From the NCBI RefSeq assembly GCF_036499745.1, contig NZ_DASYDG010000033.1, positions 33,662 through 97,661 on the forward strand: a DNA stretch of 64,000 nucleotides, given 5' to 3'. Below are positions 18,053 to 27,072 of the stretch, piece by piece; the first letter of the stretch is position 1; each line of letters opens with the position of its first letter. Origin of the DNA: Pinirhizobacter sp. Lineage in GTDB: Bacteria > Pseudomonadota > Gammaproteobacteria > Xanthomonadales > Rhodanobacteraceae. The notes under the pieces were generated by a model, which saw only the letters and a program-made list of their open reading frames with translations, searched no databases and was not told the DNA's origin. A program made the position numbers and the translations under genes.

Positions 18053-18819
18053 TGAACCAGATGTACGCCAGCTACCCGAGCCTGCGCGACCGCGCCGTGC
18101 TGATCACCGGCGGTGCCAGCGGCATCGGCGCGTCGTTCGTTGCACAGTTCGCCCGCCAGGGCGCACGCGTGGCCTTTGTCGATCTCGACGACAACGCCGC
18201 GACCGACTTGATCGGATCCCTTGGCGATGCGCCTTTCAAGCCAGTCTACGCACACACCGACCTCACTGACCTGGAAGCCGTTGCCGCATCCATCCAGGCA
18301 TTGCGCGCGCAAACCGGCCCGTTCGGTGTGCTGATCAACAGCGCCGCCAACGACGCAAGGCATTCGCTCGACCAGGTGGACGAAGCCTTCTTCAACAAGA
18401 GCCTTGCGGTGAACCTGCGCCACCAGGTGTTCGTCACCAAAGCCGTGGTGCCTGACATGAAACAGCTGGGCCACGGCTCGATCATCTGCATGGGCTCCAC
18501 CGGCTGGATCCAGAAGAACGCAGGCTACCCGTTGTACGCGATGGCCAAGGCCGCGGTACGCGGCTTCGTCAACGGCATGGCGCGGGAGCTTGGCGCGCAG
18601 AACATCCGCATCAACTGCCTGGTACCGGGCTGGGTGATCACGCCCAAGCAGCGCGAGCTTTGGCTCGACGAAGAAGGCGAGGCGTCGATCCGGCGCATGC
18701 AGTGCATGCCCGGCCACATCGAGCCCGACGACCTGGCCCGCGCCGCACTGTTCCTGGCCGCCGACGACAGCCGCATGTGTACGGGCCAGGATTACATCGT
18801 GGATGGTGGCTGGGTATGA
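18052..18819 (+). CDS. SDR aldose 1-dehydrogenase (Caulobacter XylB-like; galactose dehydrogenase by context)
   Basis: YPSLRDRAVLITGGASGIG, NSAANDARH, YAMAK catalytic motif, PGWVIT. TAATG coupling to dgoD. Confidence 0.85.
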   Translation: MNQMYASYPSLRDRAVLITGGASGIGASFVAQFARQGARVAFVDLDDNAATDLIGSLGDAPFKPVYAHTDLTDLEAVAASIQALRAQTGPFGVLINSAANDARHSLDQVDEAFFNKSLAVNLRHQVFVTKAVVPDMKQLGHGSIICMGSTGWIQKNAGYPLYAMAKAAVRGFVNGMARELGAQNIRINCLVPGWVITPKQRELWLDEEGEASIRRMQCMPGHIEPDDLARAALFLAADDSRMCTGQDYIVDGGWV

Positions 18820-19730
18820 CCGATTCGCGCATCGCCCATGCGGCGGGAAACATCCTGGGTGAAGGCGTGCAATGGGACGACCGCGGCCAGTCGGTGTGGT
18901 GGACGGATATCGCCGGATGCACGCTTTGGCGCCTGCACCCGGCCAGCGGTGACGTTGCCCATTGGACCATGCCCGAGCGGCTGGCTTCGTTCGCGCTTTG
19001 CGACGATCCAGGCGTGCTGTTATTGGCGCTGGCTTCGCGACTGGCCTTCTGGCGCATCGATAGCGGCGAACTGCTGGAGCTGATGGAAGTGGAACCGGGA
19101 AAGCACACGCGCGCGAATGACGGCGCCTGCGATCGCCAGGGCCGCTTCGTCTTCGGCACGCTGCACGAGCCGGCCACTGGCCCGAAGCAACCCGTGGGCG
19201 GTTTTTACCGTCTCGATCGCCACTTGCAGCTTGAACACCTGCCATTGCCTGGCGTGGCAATCAGCAACTCGATTGCCTTCAGCCCCAGCGGCGACGTGAT
19301 GTACTTCTGCGACTCGCTGGACAAACGCATCATGTGCGTGGATTACGGCGACACCCTCGGCACACCGCGCGTGTTCGTCGATCTTCGCGATGAACCGGGC
19401 GAACCGGACGGCTCCACCGTCGATGCCGACGGTGGGCTGTGGAATGCGAGCTGGGGCGCTGGCCGGGTATGCCGCTATGCCGCCGACGGAACCCTCGCTG
19501 GCGTGTTCGAACTGCCGGCACAACAGCCGACACGGCCTGCCTTCGGCGGGCCGATGCTCGATCGCTTGTACGTCACCAGCGCCAGCGACGGTTTGCAAGC
19601 GGCGGCGCGCGACGTGGGCGATGGTGCACTGCACATATTCGAGCCGGGCTTCACTGGTTTGACCGAACCCCGCTTCGCGGGTGCACCACCCACGGGCCGG
19701 GCATGGCAAGATGCCCGCGCTACCCATTGA
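18816..19730 (+). CDS. SMP-30/gluconolactonase family lactonase
   Basis: LGEGVQWD, RANDGACDRQGRF, SNSIAFSP, PDGSTVDADG. Confidence 0.92.
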   Translation: MTDSRIAHAAGNILGEGVQWDDRGQSVWWTDIAGCTLWRLHPASGDVAHWTMPERLASFALCDDPGVLLLALASRLAFWRIDSGELLELMEVEPGKHTRANDGACDRQGRFVFGTLHEPATGPKQPVGGFYRLDRHLQLEHLPLPGVAISNSIAFSPSGDVMYFCDSLDKRIMCVDYGDTLGTPRVFVDLRDEPGEPDGSTVDADGGLWNASWGAGRVCRYAADGTLAGVFELPAQQPTRPAFGGPMLDRLYVTSASDGLQAAARDVGDGALHIFEPGFTGLTEPRFAGAPPTGRAWQDARATH

Positions 19731-19763
19731 ACGACGACTTCCAACGCACCTCGGGAACACCCT

Positions 19764-21164
19764 ATGAATAGCGTTGCATCCACTGCCGCGGCCACTACAC
19801 CGTCGCATGCCAAAGCCACGGCCATCTTCACCTGCATCCTGGCCGCGCTCGCCGGCCTGATGTTCGGCCTGGACATCGGCGTGATCTCCGGCGCCACCGA
19901 TTTCATCAAGGCCGATTTCGCCATCAGCGATCGCACCATCGAATGGATCGTGAGTTCCATGATGATCGGCGCTGCAGCAGGCGCGCTCGGTGCTGGCTGG
20001 CTGTCCTCGTCCCTGGGCCGCAAGCGCTCGCTGGTCCTGGGCGCCATTCTGTTCGTCATAGGTTCGGTGCTCTGCGGCGTCGCGACCAATCCCGAAACGC
20101 TGATCGTCGCCCGCGTGATCCTGGGCCTGGCCATCGGCATCGCATCGTTCACCGCACCGCTTTACCTGGCCGAAGTGGCTCCGGAGCGGATCCGTGGTGC
20201 GATGATCTCGCTCTACCAGCTGATGATCACCATCGGCATCCTGGTGGCCTTCCTGTCAGACCTCGCCTTCAGCTACACCGGCAGCTGGCGCTGGATGCTC
20301 GGCATCATCGCCGTCCCGGGCGCGTTGTTCCTGCTCGGTGTGCTGTGGCTGCCGGACAGCCCGCGCTGGCTGATGATGAAAGGCCGCACGAAAGAAGCGG
20401 AGGACGTACTGCTGAAGCTCCGCGGTAACCGTGGGATGGTCGATCATGAGATGGCCGACATCGCCGAGTCGCTTCAGACCCCGCAGCGCGGCTGGCACCT
20501 GTTCCAGGAAAACAGCAACTTCCGCCGCTCGGTGGGCCTGGGCGTGCTGCTGCAGGTGATGCAGCAGCTGACCGGCATGAACGTGATGATGTACTACGCG
20601 CCGCGCATCTTCGGCACGCTGGGCTACGATCATGAATCACAGTTGTGGTTCACCGCCATCGTCGGCCTGACCAACGTGCTGGCTACGTTCATCGCCATCG
20701 GCCTGGTCGACCGCATCGGCCGCAAGCCCATCCTGTACGCCGGCTTCGTGGTCATGACCATCTCGCTGGCGATCGTCGGCACGATGATCCACATCGGTAC
20801 CACCACCCGTGCCGAGCAATACTTCACGGTGGGCACCTTGCTGGTCTTCATCATCGGCTTCGCCATGTCGGCCGGTCCGCTGATCTGGACACTGTGCTCG
20901 GAGGTGCAGCCGCTGAAGGGCCGCGACTTCGGCATCGGCGTGTCGACCTTCACCAACTGGGCGATGAACTGGGTGGTGGGCAACACCTTCCTGACCCTGG
21001 TCAACGGTATCGGCCCGGGGCAGACGTTCTGGCTGTATGCGGCCTTCAATGCAGTATTCATCGTGCTCACGTTCTGGCTGGTACCGGAAACCAAGGGCGT
21101 CACGCTGGAAGATATCGAGCGCAAGCTGATGCACGGCAAGAAGCTGCGCGATATCGGCGCCTGA
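19764..21164 (+). CDS. galP: Sugar porter MFS transporter (GalP/AraE-like)
   Basis: [52 protein letters not shown]. Confidence 0.9.
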   Translation: MNSVASTAAATTPSHAKATAIFTCILAALAGLMFGLDIGVISGATDFIKADFAISDRTIEWIVSSMMIGAAAGALGAGWLSSSLGRKRSLVLGAILFVIGSVLCGVATNPETLIVARVILGLAIGIASFTAPLYLAEVAPERIRGAMISLYQLMITIGILVAFLSDLAFSYTGSWRWMLGIIAVPGALFLLGVLWLPDSPRWLMMKGRTKEAEDVLLKLRGNRGMVDHEMADIAESLQTPQRGWHLFQENSNFRRSVGLGVLLQVMQQLTGMNVMMYYAPRIFGTLGYDHESQLWFTAIVGLTNVLATFIAIGLVDRIGRKPILYAGFVVMTISLAIVGTMIHIGTTTRAEQYFTVGTLLVFIIGFAMSAGPLIWTLCSEVQPLKGRDFGIGVSTFTNWAMNWVVGNTFLTLVNGIGPGQTFWLYAAFNAVFIVLTFWLVPETKGVTLEDIERKLMHGKKLRDIGA

Positions 21165-21169
21165 TCGAC

Positions 21170-21955
21170 ATGGGCGAGCTCGATGGCAAGGTCGCGCTGG
21201 TTACCGGTGCTGCCAGCGGCATCGGCAAGGCCATTGCGCAGGCCTTTCACCACGCCGGTGCGCGGGTGGTGATCGCCGACCTCGACCGCGACGGCGCCGA
21301 AATGGTGGCCGGTGAAATCGACGGCGGCCGTGGCGATGCGATGGGCGTGGCCATGGACGTCACCGACGAAGAAGCCGTCAACCAGGGCTTCGACGAGGTC
21401 GCCACGCGCTGGGGAGCGTTGGACATCCTGGTGTCCAACGCGGGCATCCAGATCATCGCACCACTGGTCGACCTGGAGTTCGCGGCCTGGAAAAAGATGC
21501 TCGCCATCCACCTCGATGGCGCGTTCCTTACCTCACGTGCGGCGATGCGGCAGATGCTTGCCGCCGGCAAGGGCGGCTCGATCCTGCTGATGGGCTCGGC
21601 GCACTCGCACGTGGCGTCGAAGTTCAAGGCGCCTTACGTCACCGCCAAGCACGGCCTGCTGGGCCTGGCCCGCACCATCGCGAAAGAAGGCGCGGCGCAG
21701 GGCATCCGCGCCAACGTGCTGTGCCCGGGTTTCGTCCGTACGCCGCTGGTCGATAAACAGATTCCAGAACAGGCGAAGGAGCTTGGCATCAGCGAAAGCG
21801 AGGTGATCCGCGATGTGATGCTGCGCGACACGGTTGACGGGGAATTCACCACGCTTGACGACATCGCCCGCGTGGCGGTGTTCATGGCGGCCTTTCCCAC
21901 CAGTGCGATTACCGGCCAGTCGCTGCTGGCTTCGCATGGTTGGGTAATGAACTAG
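21170..21955 (+). CDS. 3-hydroxybutyrate dehydrogenase-like SDR
   Basis: [50 protein letters not shown]. Confidence 0.85.
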   Translation: MGELDGKVALVTGAASGIGKAIAQAFHHAGARVVIADLDRDGAEMVAGEIDGGRGDAMGVAMDVTDEEAVNQGFDEVATRWGALDILVSNAGIQIIAPLVDLEFAAWKKMLAIHLDGAFLTSRAAMRQMLAAGKGGSILLMGSAHSHVASKFKAPYVTAKHGLLGLARTIAKEGAAQGIRANVLCPGFVRTPLVDKQIPEQAKELGISESEVIRDVMLRDTVDGEFTTLDDIARVAVFMAAFPTSAITGQSLLASHGWVMN

Positions 21956-21977
21956 GCATCGCGCCGGGCACCGAAAG

Positions 21978-22967
21978 CTAGAGCGCCCTCATCACCTGCG
22001 CCGCCAGTTCAAACGACTTAAGCCGCGCAGCATGGTCGAAGATCTGCGCCGTCAGCATCACCTCATCGGCGCCGGTGGTGGCGATGAAATCCTTCAGCTT
22101 CGCGCGCACGGTATCGGCCGAACCCACCGCCGCGTACTGCATGGTGTGTTCCAGCCCACGCTTCTCCATCTCCGTCCAACGGCCGTCCATGGTGTCCACG
22201 GGAGGTTGCAGCTGGCCGGGAGTGCCGCGCCGCAAGTTCAGGAACTGCTGCTGCAACGAAGTGAAGAGGTACCGGGCTTCGTCATCGGTGTCGGCGACGA
22301 AAGCGTTCACGCCCACCATCGCGTAGGGTTTGTCCAACTGCGCGGACGGACGAAACAATGTGCGATACACCTGCAGCGCCTGCATCAATGCATCGGGTGC
22401 AAAATGCGATGCGAAGGCGAACGGCAGGCCCAGCTCCGCCGCCAGGCGCGCACTGAACAGGCTCGATCCCAGCAGCCACAGGGGAATATTCGAATCCTGC
22501 CCGGGCACCGCGCGGACGCGCTGCAATGGGTGCGGTTCGCCCAGGAACTGCTGCAGTTCGGCGACGTCTTCGGGAAACCGCTCGTCGCTGGCTCCCAATT
22601 CCCGGCGCAGGGCGCGCGCGGTGAGTTGGTCGCTACCGGGCGCGCGGCCCAGTCCAAGGTCGATGCGGCCGGGGAACAGCGCTTCGAGGGTGCCGAACTG
22701 CTCGGCGATCACCAAAGGCGCGTGGTTGGGAAGCATCACGCCCCCGGAACCCACGCGGATGGTCGAGGTGGCCGCAGCGACGTGGGCGATCACAATCGAG
22801 GTGGCCGCACTGGCAATGCCAGACATATTGTGGTGTTCGGCAAGCCAGAAGCGCTTGTAGCCCCAGGCTTCCGCATGCACCGCCAGGTCGCGGCTGTTGT
22901 TCAGGGCGTCGCTGGCGCTGCCGCCCTTGACGATGGGGGAGAGGTCGAGAACGGAATAGGAAGTCAT
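21978..22967 (-). CDS. LLM-class flavin-dependent oxidoreductase (luciferase-like, YhbW type)
   Basis: [47 protein letters not shown]. Confidence 0.93.
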   Translation of the reverse strand: MTSYSVLDLSPIVKGGSASDALNNSRDLAVHAEAWGYKRFWLAEHHNMSGIASAATSIVIAHVAAATSTIRVGSGGVMLPNHAPLVIAEQFGTLEALFPGRIDLGLGRAPGSDQLTARALRRELGASDERFPEDVAELQQFLGEPHPLQRVRAVPGQDSNIPLWLLGSSLFSARLAAELGLPFAFASHFAPDALMQALQVYRTLFRPSAQLDKPYAMVGVNAFVADTDDEARYLFTSLQQQFLNLRRGTPGQLQPPVDTMDGRWTEMEKRGLEHTMQYAAVGSADTVRAKLKDFIATTGADEVMLTAQIFDHAARLKSFELAAQVMRAL

Positions 22968-23004
22968 GCTCCGTCAGATGGCGGCATGCCCGGGCATTGC
23001 AAGA

Positions 23005-24342
23005 TCAGGAGGCAGGAACCGGCAGTGGCACCGTGGTCACACGCTCGCCGTCGACCGGCGCATAAAGGTCCATCACCAGGCTGATGCCGTCGGGGCCCGC
23101 CTTGATCGGCCGCGAACCTGGCGGATTCACGCTTGCCGGCCGCGCGGCCACGCGGGCGGCAAGGGTGCGGTAATCGCCCTTCAGGGTGCGCAGCCACAGT
23201 GCGGTGCCGAACATGCGCAAGGTGGCGGCGTAATCCCGGTTGCGCCGCAGGTACGGCACGAAATTCGGCACGCCGGCCACGGCCAGGTCCACACCCTGGA
23301 CATTGCCGATCCGGTCGATGAAATCTGGGGTGGGCCGGGGCTGGATGGCATCGTCCAGATGGGCATCGGCCAGTTCCGCCGCCCGCACGTCGGCCTTGCA
23401 TGCGGCCACGAATGCAGGTGCTGCCAGCCGGCGGGTCTGGTCGCGGCTGAGCAGCCACGAGGCGCCGCCCGCGCCATGCTCCACCACCGGGAAATTCTCC
23501 ACGCTGCCAAAGCTGCCGCGCCACTGGGCACGGGAAACCTCGCAGAAATCTACGTCGGCATCCACCGGCGGCGCGAACGCCGCGGCGCAGATAGCGGGCA
23601 CCGGCGCGTCATCGGGCATCTGCGCCAGCATGTCCATGGCCAGGCCCCCGGCTTCGATCGCCCAGCGTGCCGTGATCATCGAGCCGAGCGCATCGTTGCC
23701 ACCCACATGCAGGCGGCGCATGGTCAGCGCGCTGGTGCAGGCCTGGGCCAGGCCTTCCTGCTGCCGGCCCTCGACGAAATCCGAAGCCGCCGCCGTGAGC
23801 CAGAGCGCCTGCACGTCGCCGATATCCGGACCGGGCGCCGCCGTGACCGGCGGCATGTCGTTCCAGAGGTAATCCATGCCGGCCAGGCCGGCGATGGCGG
23901 CCAGACGGTCGGCATGGCGGGTCAGCGCCAGGCGCGTGGCCTCCGGATGGGTGCGCACCTGCGCCAGGCACTGGGAGACAGGACGGCAGATCGCCGCGCG
24001 GTCGTCGTCGGTAAGCTTGGGCAGGGCGGCGTAATGGTTCTCGGCCCACTTTCTGAACGGCGGCACGGGTGTGCCTGCACGTACCGCAACAGCGCGGTCG
24101 CGCAACTGGGCGAGGTCCTGGGCATAGGCCGCCTCGCGCTCGCCTGCTGGAATGATGTAATCGAGCAACCACAGGGCGTGCCAGGCGTTCTTCGCCGGCA
24201 ACGGGGTGGAGTCCACGCGCAGCAGTTCCAGCGCATCACGCTCGGCAGCGCTGGGCGCGCGAAAGCGGCCCCATGCAGCCAGGCCCAGTGCCAGCAACAG
24301 AAGCAAGAACACCGCGCCAGCGATGCGCCTGGCCAACCCCAT
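23005..24342 (-). CDS. Membrane-anchored hypothetical protein (about 445 aa)
   Basis: Single N-terminal TM helix then a soluble helical domain with several Cys; host-like codon usage; no family recognised. Confidence 0.75.
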   Translation of the reverse strand: MGLARRIAGAVFLLLLLALGLAAWGRFRAPSAAERDALELLRVDSTPLPAKNAWHALWLLDYIIPAGEREAAYAQDLAQLRDRAVAVRAGTPVPPFRKWAENHYAALPKLTDDDRAAICRPVSQCLAQVRTHPEATRLALTRHADRLAAIAGLAGMDYLWNDMPPVTAAPGPDIGDVQALWLTAAASDFVEGRQQEGLAQACTSALTMRRLHVGGNDALGSMITARWAIEAGGLAMDMLAQMPDDAPVPAICAAAFAPPVDADVDFCEVSRAQWRGSFGSVENFPVVEHGAGGASWLLSRDQTRRLAAPAFVAACKADVRAAELADAHLDDAIQPRPTPDFIDRIGNVQGVDLAVAGVPNFVPYLRRNRDYAATLRMFGTALWLRTLKGDYRTLAARVAARPASVNPPGSRPIKAGPDGISLVMDLYAPVDGERVTTVPLPVPAS

Positions 24343-24553
24343 CGATCCCATCCCCCTGCTTCGCCACGGTCAGCGTGGCCGGATAGTACCGGTATCGGCC
24401 GGGGATTCAACTAGTTGAGTGGGAAACCTGTGCGGGTGGATGAACGGCCCGGGTAAAAGCCTTGGGCTTTATTCCGCTTCGGCGAAGGGAAAGGGGGAGG
24501 CAAATTGCCCCCACCCTTCGGCCAACGGAGCGCGGCTGCGAGACTTTAGGTTC

Positions 24554-26029
24554 CTACTCAGCTGATCCGCTTGATACCGGAAGCGCGGCGGCGACCTCGC
24601 GAAACGACAGCAACGCAGCTTCCAGGTGATCAATGATCTCCTGAGCCAAAACATCTGGGGGTGGCAGATCGTCGAGGTTGTCCAGGCTGTCATCCTTCAG
24701 CCAGAAGATGTCCAGGCTCGCTTTATCGCGCGCTACCAGCGTCTTGTAGTTGAAGTACTTGAAGCGCTCGGTTTCCTTGCGCTTATGCCGGTTAGTCGGG
24801 TTGTAACAGGCGATGAAGTCCTGCAGGTCTTCCGCCTTCAGCGTCTTCGTCTTCAGGGTGAAATGCTTATTCGTACGAAGGTCGTAGATCCACACGCCTT
24901 TGGTCTGGACCTTGCCAACCTTGGGTTTTGCATCGAAGAACAGTACGTTCGCCTTCACACCCTGCGCGTAGAAAATGCCTGTGGGCAGCCGCAGCAGGGT
25001 ATGCACGTCACACGTTTCCAGTAGCTTGCGGCGAATCTTCTCGCCAGCGCCGCCCTCGAAAAGCACGTTGTCGGGAAGCACCACGGCCGCCTGGCCGGTT
25101 GTTTTGAGCATCGACACGATGTGCTGCAGGAAGTTGAGCTGCTTGTTCGAGGTGGTCTGCCAGAAGTCCTGGCGCTCATAGGTCAGCGCGTCGCGGTCTT
25201 CCTGGCCGTCCTCGTTGGTGATGGTCATGCTGCTCTTCTTGCCGAAGGGCGGGTTGGCCAGCACGTAATCGAACTTTTGCTTCGACTCTGAGATCAGGGC
25301 ATCGGAACGATCCACCGTCGGCTCGCCATCGAGGTCGCCGACGTTGTGCAGAAATAGATTCATCAGGCACAAGCGACGAGTCGCGGCGACAATCTCGTTT
25401 CCGAAGAACGCTTTGTGGCGTAAGAACTCCTTCTTTCTTTTGTCGAGTTGACTCCCGGGCCGCGTGAGCCATTCGTAGGCACCGAGAAAGAAACCGCCGG
25501 TGCCGCAGGCCGGGTCGGCAATGGTCTTCATCGGTTCCGGCTGCACGCACTCGACCATGGCCTGGATCAGTACGCGCGGAGTAAAGTATTGGCCGGCACC
25601 GCTCTTGGTGTCCTCGGCGTTCTTATGCAGCAGGCCTTCGTACAGATCGCCCTTGGTGTCGGCATCGAGGCTGATCCAGTCTTCGGCATCGATCATTTGC
25701 ACCAGCCGCGCGAGTTTAGCCGGGTCTTGAATCTTGTTCTGAGCCTTGAAGAAGATCGCGCCGAGCATGCCAGGTTCCTCGCCCAGCCGGTGCAACACTT
25801 TCAGATAGTGCGCTTCCAACGGCTCGCCGACCTTGCGTCGCAGGCTCGCCCAATCGCAGCTCTTGGGAACGTGGGTCTCGCGGTTATAAGGGGGCAGCGA
25901 ATACTCGTGCGCCATCTTCAGGAACAGCAGGTAGGTCAGCTGTTCTAGATAGTCGCCATAGCCGACGCCGTCATCGCGAAGGGTGTGACAGAAGTTCCAG
26001 ATTTTCTGGACAAGGGCGGTGCTGTTCAT
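24554..26029 (-). CDS. hsdM: Type I restriction-modification methyltransferase subunit M (m6A)
   Basis: GDYLEQLTYLLFLKM, GAGQYFTPR, DPACGTGGF, catalytic NPPF, NKQLNFLQHI, VLPDNVLFEGG. Confidence 0.95.
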   Translation of the reverse strand: MNSTALVQKIWNFCHTLRDDGVGYGDYLEQLTYLLFLKMAHEYSLPPYNRETHVPKSCDWASLRRKVGEPLEAHYLKVLHRLGEEPGMLGAIFFKAQNKIQDPAKLARLVQMIDAEDWISLDADTKGDLYEGLLHKNAEDTKSGAGQYFTPRVLIQAMVECVQPEPMKTIADPACGTGGFFLGAYEWLTRPGSQLDKRKKEFLRHKAFFGNEIVAATRRLCLMNLFLHNVGDLDGEPTVDRSDALISESKQKFDYVLANPPFGKKSSMTITNEDGQEDRDALTYERQDFWQTTSNKQLNFLQHIVSMLKTTGQAAVVLPDNVLFEGGAGEKIRRKLLETCDVHTLLRLPTGIFYAQGVKANVLFFDAKPKVGKVQTKGVWIYDLRTNKHFTLKTKTLKAEDLQDFIACYNPTNRHKRKETERFKYFNYKTLVARDKASLDIFWLKDDSLDNLDDLPPPDVLAQEIIDHLEAALLSFREVAAALPVSSGSAE

Positions 26030-26031
26030 CG

Positions 26032-27072
26032 TTATGGCTTGCCCATATTCTTGGAGGATGTCAGCCGTGTGGCTTGCGCCTGCAACTGAGTCAATTCTTC
26101 GTCGGCCTCGTGCTCGGAGGCCTGCAACTCGATGGCGCGGCGACGGCCATCAAAGTCGGCGTAGCGCTCGCCGATAGTGGCTTCCATCCGTTCCCGCGAG
26201 ATCCGCCCGGAACCGATGAGCAATGAGCGTTCGTTAAAGCTGAGGAAACGATCTGTTTGCGCGACCCAGTCGATCATGCGGGTCTCGATGCGTCGCATCG
26301 CGCGGTCCTCGGCAAAATCCAGGAACATGGTGACCAACCGATCGAGCTGGTCGAGTTCTTCGTCATCAAGGTAATTTTTGGATATAACTGCATCGGACTT
26401 GCGGACTTGATCTCCGGCCCAGGTAGTCAACGCCATGTTGGCTGCGTCAGGATTTGCACGCTCCACGATCAGCTCTGCAGCGGTTCGGCCGGTAACCGCA
26501 AACACTAGTTTGTTTTGGATGGTGGCGAAGAAGGTTTTGGCCGTGGGCACAGTGCCGTCGTAGTCGCTGCTACTGGTTTTGAATAGGTCACGTAACCTTT
26601 GGTAGAAGCGCTTTTCCGAACTACGGATATCGCGTATGCGGCGCAGCAATTCATCGAAGTAGTCGGCGCGCTCGGCATCCTTCAAGCGCTGGTCGTTCAG
26701 CACGAAGCCCTTAACCAAATATTCGGCAAGCGTGGAGCCCGCCCAGCGCCGAAACTGGCTGCCACGTGGAGAGCGCACGCGGAAACCGACCGCCAGGATC
26801 ATGTCCAACCGATAAAGCTGAACAGGTCGACTAACGCGCCGGCTACCCTCGATTTGAACTGTCAAGGAATCCTTGACAGTTGCCTCTGTTGACAACTCGC
26901 CCTCTTCGAGAATGTTGCGGATGTGCAGGCTCACGTTCTGCTTGGTGGTGTCGAAGAGGTCGGTCATCTCACCCTGGGTGAGCCAGACCGTGCCGCCGGC
27001 GGCGCGTAGGTGGACGTCGGTTCGTCCGTCCTCAGTGCGGTAGAGGATCAGTTCGCCATTGCTCTCGTTCAT
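26032..27072 (-). CDS. rhuM: RhuM family protein
   Basis: ILYRTEDG, TVWLTQGEMTDLF, YRLDMILAVGFRVRSPRGSQFRRWA, YLVKGFVLNDQRLK, IRDIRSSEKRFY. Confidence 0.9.
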   Translation of the reverse strand: MNESNGELILYRTEDGRTDVHLRAAGGTVWLTQGEMTDLFDTTKQNVSLHIRNILEEGELSTEATVKDSLTVQIEGSRRVSRPVQLYRLDMILAVGFRVRSPRGSQFRRWAGSTLAEYLVKGFVLNDQRLKDAERADYFDELLRRIRDIRSSEKRFYQRLRDLFKTSSSDYDGTVPTAKTFFATIQNKLVFAVTGRTAAELIVERANPDAANMALTTWAGDQVRKSDAVISKNYLDDEELDQLDRLVTMFLDFAEDRAMRRIETRMIDWVAQTDRFLSFNERSLLIGSGRISRERMEATIGERYADFDGRRRAIELQASEHEADEELTQLQAQATRLTSSKNMGKP

